From assembly GCF_001676155.1 (NCBI RefSeq), contig NZ_LZEW01000004.1, positions 13,848-45,847 of the forward strand: DNA of 32,000 nt, given 5' to 3'. This document shows positions 29,391-32,000 of this stretch, piece after piece. How positions within the stretch are numbered: the stretch's first letter is position 1; every line of letters starts with the position of its first letter. The stretch comes from Morganella psychrotolerans (GTDB taxonomy: Bacteria; Pseudomonadota; Gammaproteobacteria; Enterobacterales; Enterobacteriaceae). Made by a program: the position numbers and the translations under genes. The notes under the pieces were generated by a model. That model saw only the letters and a list, made by a program, of their open reading frames with translations, did not search any database and was not told the origin of the DNA.

Positions 29391-30479
29391 TTAGTGTGTG
29401 GCCGATTTGCGACGCATACGGCGTCTGTGGCGTTTGATAAAACGGGCGACTTTCCAGGCGCGTTTAATGCAGTAGCCATACATAATAAAAGCAAGCAAGA
29501 ACAGTGCCAACATCACCCATTCAGGGACAAAGCTGAGCAACTGTCCGGCAATACCAATCGCGGCTAATACAGCTGCCGCCAGGGTTATCACCACAAAAGA
29601 TTCGCGGGACGTAAACCCGGAACGCATAATCAGATGATGAATATGCTGGCGATCCGGTGAGAACGGACTCATTCCTTTACGCAGACGGCGGTACATGATT
29701 GCCACCATGTCCATCAGCGGAATAGCAATAATCCACAGTGCCGTAACCGCATTAATCGCATGCGGCTCCGCGCCCTGTGATGCGGACGTCAGTAACCAGA
29801 TAATCGTAAAGCCGATCAATGTACTGCCCGCATCACCCATAAAGACTTTAAAGCGGCGGCCGAACAGCCCTAAGTTAAAGCAGATATATGGCAGGATCGC
29901 GACAATAAAGGTAAAGCACCAGAACGCCAGACCGCTGTTACCGCTCAGCGCAAACAGAATTCCCAGCGCGCCGAAAGACACACAGGAAAGCCCGCCGAGC
30001 AGCCCGTCAATACCATCCACCATATTGAACGCATTTACCGCGCCCCATACCGCGAACAATGTCAGCACATAACTGAACGGACCAAGAGTCAGTTCCCATC
30101 CGCCGAATGCATGACCCAGGCTGTCGAGCTTCAGGTTGGCAAACACCATCATCACGATAGCGACTGCTGCCTGAATACCGGCGCGCAGTTTCACACTGAT
30201 ATCAAACCGGTCATCCAACGCACCCACAAAAACAAGCAGCGCCGCACAACCGAGGTAAATAAATTTATGTGCAATAAACTCATCACTGATGAGGAACGCA
30301 AAACAGACACTGATAAAGATAGAAATCCCGCCGACTAACGGGACCAGTCCCTGATGTTTTTTGCGGTAATTGGGTTTATCCACCAAACCGATAGCGATAC
30401 CGGCTTTACGGGCAACAAAGACCGTTACTGTAGCGAATACAAATATGATTAGGAGTTCAGTTAACATAGTGAGATTCAC
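29391..30479 (-). CDS. wecA: UDP-GlcNAc:undecaprenyl-phosphate GlcNAc-1-phosphate transferase WecA (Rfe)
   Basis: 362 aa with a GTG start giving MNL.., as in E. coli. Matches include DKPN.RK.HQG..PLVGGIS, NAFNMVDGIDGL and SPFSPDRQHIHHLIMR. Confidence 0.95.
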   Translation of the reverse strand: MNLTMLTELLIIFVFATVTVFVARKAGIAIGLVDKPNYRKKHQGLVPLVGGISIFISVCFAFLISDEFIAHKFIYLGCAALLVFVGALDDRFDISVKLRAGIQAAVAIVMMVFANLKLDSLGHAFGGWELTLGPFSYVLTLFAVWGAVNAFNMVDGIDGLLGGLSCVSFGALGILFALSGNSGLAFWCFTFIVAILPYICFNLGLFGRRFKVFMGDAGSTLIGFTIIWLLTSASQGAEPHAINAVTALWIIAIPLMDMVAIMYRRLRKGMSPFSPDRQHIHHLIMRSGFTSRESFVVITLAAAVLAAIGIAGQLLSFVPEWVMLALFLLAFIMYGYCIKRAWKVARFIKRHRRRMRRKSATH

Positions 30480-30614
30480 AACAACCCTTTTCAGCTATTT
30501 TTTATTATCCCTGCCGGCTGACAACACCGCGCAGAACTTGCCATTTTCAGGCAAAATAATATATGCAAGAAACATACCACGCCTTATCCGGCAAGGGTTT
30601 CAAACATAACCGGT

Positions 30615-30645
30615 AAAAAAAAAACGCCACATTGCATGCGGCGTT
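30615..30645 (-). terminator. Intrinsic terminator of rho
   Basis: The minus-strand RNA AACGCCGCAUGCAAUGUGGCGUU forms a 10-bp stem including one G.U pair, followed by U10. It starts 24 nt after the rho stop. Confidence 0.85.
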
Positions 30646-30668
30646 AGTTATAAAGTGTCGTCGAAAAG

Positions 30669-31929
30669 CTACGAGCGTTTCATAAAGTCGAAGAAATCTT
30701 CGTTCGTCTTCGTCATCGCCAGCTTGTTGATCAGGAACTCCATTGCATCAATCTCACCCATCGGATGGATAATTTTGCGCAGGATCCACATTTTCTGTAA
30801 TTCATCCTGAGTCGTCAGCAGCTCTTCTTTACGTGTACCGGAGCGGTTGTAATCAATCGCAGGGAAGACACGTTTTTCAGCAATTTTACGGGACAGGTGT
30901 AATTCCATATTACCTGTTCCTTTAAATTCTTCGTAAATGACTTCATCCATCTTCGACCCGGTATCAACCAGCGCAGTCGCGATGATGGTCAGGCTTCCGC
31001 CCTCTTCCACATTACGTGCCGCACCAAAGAAACGCTTAGGACGATGTAAGGCATTCGCATCCACACCACCGGTTAATACTTTACCGGATGATGGTACAAC
31101 GGTGTTGTAAGCACGGGCCAGACGCGTAATGGAGTCGAGCAGAATAATAACGTCTTTTTTTATGCTCAACCAGACGTTTAGCTTTCTCGATAACCATTTC
31201 AGCAACCTGAACGTGACGGGCCGCAGGCTCATCAAACGTAGAGGCAATCACTTCGCCTTTCACCAGACGCTGCATCTCGGTCACTTCTTCCGGACGCTCA
31301 TCAATCAGCAGTACCATCAGAACGCAATCAGGATAGTTATGCGCGATATTTGCCGCAATATTTTGCAGCAACATGGTTTTACCGGCTTTCGGCGGTGCCA
31401 CGATAAGACCACGCTGACCACGACCGATAGGTGCTGCCAGATCCAGAACACGCGCGGTTAAATCTTCTGTTGAACCATTACCACGTTCCATACGCAGACG
31501 TCGGTTTGCGTGCAGCGGGGTTAAGTTTTCAAACAGAATTTTGTTACGGGCATTTTCAGGTTTATCAAAGTTAACTTCATTAACTTTTAATAACGCAAAG
31601 TAACGTTCGCCTTCTTTCGGCGGACGGATTTTACCTGAAATGGTATCACCGGTGCGAAGGTTAAAACGGCGGATTTGGCTTGGAGAAACGTAGATGTCAT
31701 CAGGGCCTGCGAGGTATGAACTGTCACCGGAGCGGAGGAATCCGAATCCATCCTGCAATATCTCCAGCACGCCATCACCGAAAATATCCTCTCCACTCTT
31801 CGCATGTTGCTTGAGGATAGAGAAGATGATGTCCTGTTTTCTCATACGGGCCTGATTCTCAAGCCCCATGTTTTCGCCAAGGGTAATCAGGTCTGATACC
31901 GGCGTATTTTTTAATTCGGTAAGATTCAT
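30669..31929 (-). pseudogene. rho: Transcription termination factor Rho, frame broken by an extra A in an A7 run (31155-31161)
   Basis: [12 protein letters not shown]...[10 protein letters not shown] is read in one frame and runs on to a stop at 31081. [19 protein letters not shown]...MKRS continues in another frame to 30669. The joined sequence is colinear with E. coli Rho (419 aa). The coding strand reads CATAAAAAAAGACGTT where A6 would be in frame. Confidence 0.92.
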
Positions 31930-32000
31930 AATGGTGGGTTCTTTGACTCGGGGTGTATCTCGGATTATGAACGTGAATAGTAAGGTAACGTCAGCGTTAC

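Noticed and set aside
30575-30592. ACGCCTTATCCGGC resembling half of an E. coli REP element upstream of wecA
   Set aside because: Only one arm is present. There is no complementary partner to form the REP hairpin, so it cannot be called a REP or BIME.

Overview
This window is a conserved Enterobacterales core-chromosome segment. Its gene order is colinear with, but inverted relative to, the E. coli 85-min region: rarD, a DedA-like membrane gene, corA, uvrD, yigB-xerC-yigA-dapF, lptM(yifL), cyaY, cyaA, hemCDXY, the sRNA glmZ, the proM-leuT-hisR-argX tRNA operon, the complete ECA cluster (wecG to wecA) and rho. Protein divergence from E. coli, about 50% GC, and the absence of aslAB and yifK suggest a Morganellaceae-like genome; this is a low-confidence guess. 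I found no mobile element, CRISPR array, defence island or other sign of a novel multi-gene system, so I read this as an ordinary housekeeping region. Four things deserve a second look. (1) Four conserved genes (hemC, hemX N-terminus, wecF, rho) are broken by single-nucleotide indels, at short homopolymers wherever the site can be pinned. This most likely reflects assembly indel error, but it could be real pseudogenisation or slippage-rescued frameshifts. (2) An unlisted glmZ sRNA has a near-consensus sigma54 promoter and three TGTC-N10-GACA GlrR-type sites. (3) A plus-strand intrinsic terminator sits inside the glmZ promoter region, which implies that hem-operon read-through runs antisense to glmZ. 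(4) A perfect 9-bp x 11 tandem repeat lies between the tRNA terminator and the glmZ upstream sites. All homology statements come from my recollection of the E. coli orthologues, not from a database search.
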